36,139 bases of DNA from Armatimonadota bacterium. Its GTDB lineage: Bacteria > Armatimonadota > DTGP01 > JAHWJO01. The stretch is taken from NCBI GenBank assembly GCA_019348365.1, contig JAHWJO010000001.1, forward strand, positions 1-36,139. Reading direction: 5' to 3'. Numbering within the stretch: the first letter of the stretch is position 1; every line of letters begins with the position of its first letter. This document shows, piece after piece, positions 35,446 to 36,139 of this stretch. Below the pieces are notes generated by a model. It was not told the origin of the DNA. It worked only from the letters and a program-made list of their open reading frames with translations, and searched no databases. A program made the translations under genes and the position numbers.

Positions 35446-36139
35446 CTACGAGCGAGGTACCGGCTTCAGGTCTCCGCTCTTGACCATGGCTTCCAGCGGG
35501 TTGTCCTCGATGTCGAGCGGGAAATCGACGCGCCCTCGGCGGCGGCTGCTCTCGTAGGCGCCGAAAATAATCTCCGTTGCGATGAGCGCGTTGCTCACGT
35601 CGAGCTGGCACTTGCGGCCCTCCTGAAGGCACGAGATCGCGTCCGCTATAGCTGCCGAAATCTGGTTCTCGTCGGGACCCAGTTCCGGCACGATCCACTC
35701 CTTCGATCCGGCGGGAAGGTAGCGGAGGTCCGGCCCTCCGCTGGGATAGACCTCGATCAGGCCGTTCGTTCCGATCAGTCGCGTGAAGCAGCCGACGGGC
35801 TTGTTGCCCCCCGCTCCCGACGCGATCAGCCCGAACACCCCGTTCTCGTACTCGGTCATCACCAGCGCCTGATTTTCAACGTGCCCGCCGAAGACGACGT
35901 TCTCCCTCCGGTAGTCGATCTGAGCCAGCACCCATTTCGCGGGGGTTTCATGGTTGTAGAAGCTCAACATGTCGATGGAGTGCGTCCCGAATTCGTAGAT
36001 GTTCGGGGCTTCGGACTCCAGCCGTATCAGGTCGCCGATCTCCCCCGCGTCCAGCAGCTGCTTCGCCGTCTTCCACGCCACGCCATACCGGCGCTGGTGG
36101 TTGAATGTCAGCTGCGTCCCCGATTCTTTCGCGGCGGCG
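35446..36139 (-). CDS. Gfo/Idh/MocA family oxidoreductase (C-terminal part; 5' end beyond the window)
   Basis: The frame stays open from 36081 to the window edge (...AAAKESGTQLTFNHQRRYGVAWKTAKQLLDAGEIGDL...). That is the typical junction between the Rossmann domain and the C-terminal domain of this family. Confidence 0.8.
   Translation of the reverse strand, partial: AAAKESGTQLTFNHQRRYGVAWKTAKQLLDAGEIGDLIRLESEAPNIYEFGTHSIDMLSFYNHETPAKWVLAQIDYRRENVVFGGHVENQALVMTEYENGVFGLIASGAGGNKPVGCFTRLIGTNGLIEVYPSGGPDLRYLPAGSKEWIVPELGPDENQISAAIADAISCLQEGRKCQLDVSNALIATEIIFGAYESSRRRGRVDFPLDIEDNPLEAMVKSGDLKPVPRS

Noticed and set aside
36079-36139. Possible frameshift or pseudogene at the start of the Gfo/Idh/MocA ORF, because the track starts it at 36081.
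   Set aside because: On re-reading, the frame is open from 36081 to the window edge and encodes the expected ...NHQRRYGVAWK... junction. The gene is simply truncated by the window.

Overview
GC-rich bacterial chromosomal segment (GC not computed; stop-poor shadow ORFs appear on both strands). I support about 27 protein genes, mostly housekeeping. In order: a radical-SAM SplB-like gene, ligA, an FAD oxidoreductase, a complete Liv-type branched-chain amino-acid ABC operon (SBP-livHMGF) and a small Cys-rich ORF. Then mtnA, mtnP, rnc, an FMN reductase, aspC, a DegT-family aminotransferase and a nucleoside/sugar-type ABC importer (ATPase plus 2 permeases). Then a two-module PTPS/QueD protein, folE, a GH78 rhamnosidase, a secreted cohesin/dockerin-like protein and an orphan lipoprotein. 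Finally priA, a GH4 glycosidase, a sugar-phosphate isomerase and a partial Gfo/Idh/MocA oxidoreductase. I saw no rRNA, tRNA, CRISPR array, transposase, integrase, or recognisable defence or toxin module, and I could not identify a discrete multi-gene novel system. The most unusual structure is non-coding. About half of the gene junctions carry hairpin-forming inverted repeats whose arms are short tandem oligomers (7-10 nt units), and the arm sequence differs from element to element. One element has perfect arms of about 75 bp that include the ligA stop codon. One family has two clearly homologous copies, one of which fills the rnc leader. Two elements lie in frame inside coding sequence (the priA N-terminal domain and a possible livG N-terminal extension). 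Other points worth a second look are a Cheo-type LexA box at the radical-SAM gene, the two-module PTPS next to folE, a 527-bp non-coding gap, and two orphan envelope proteins.
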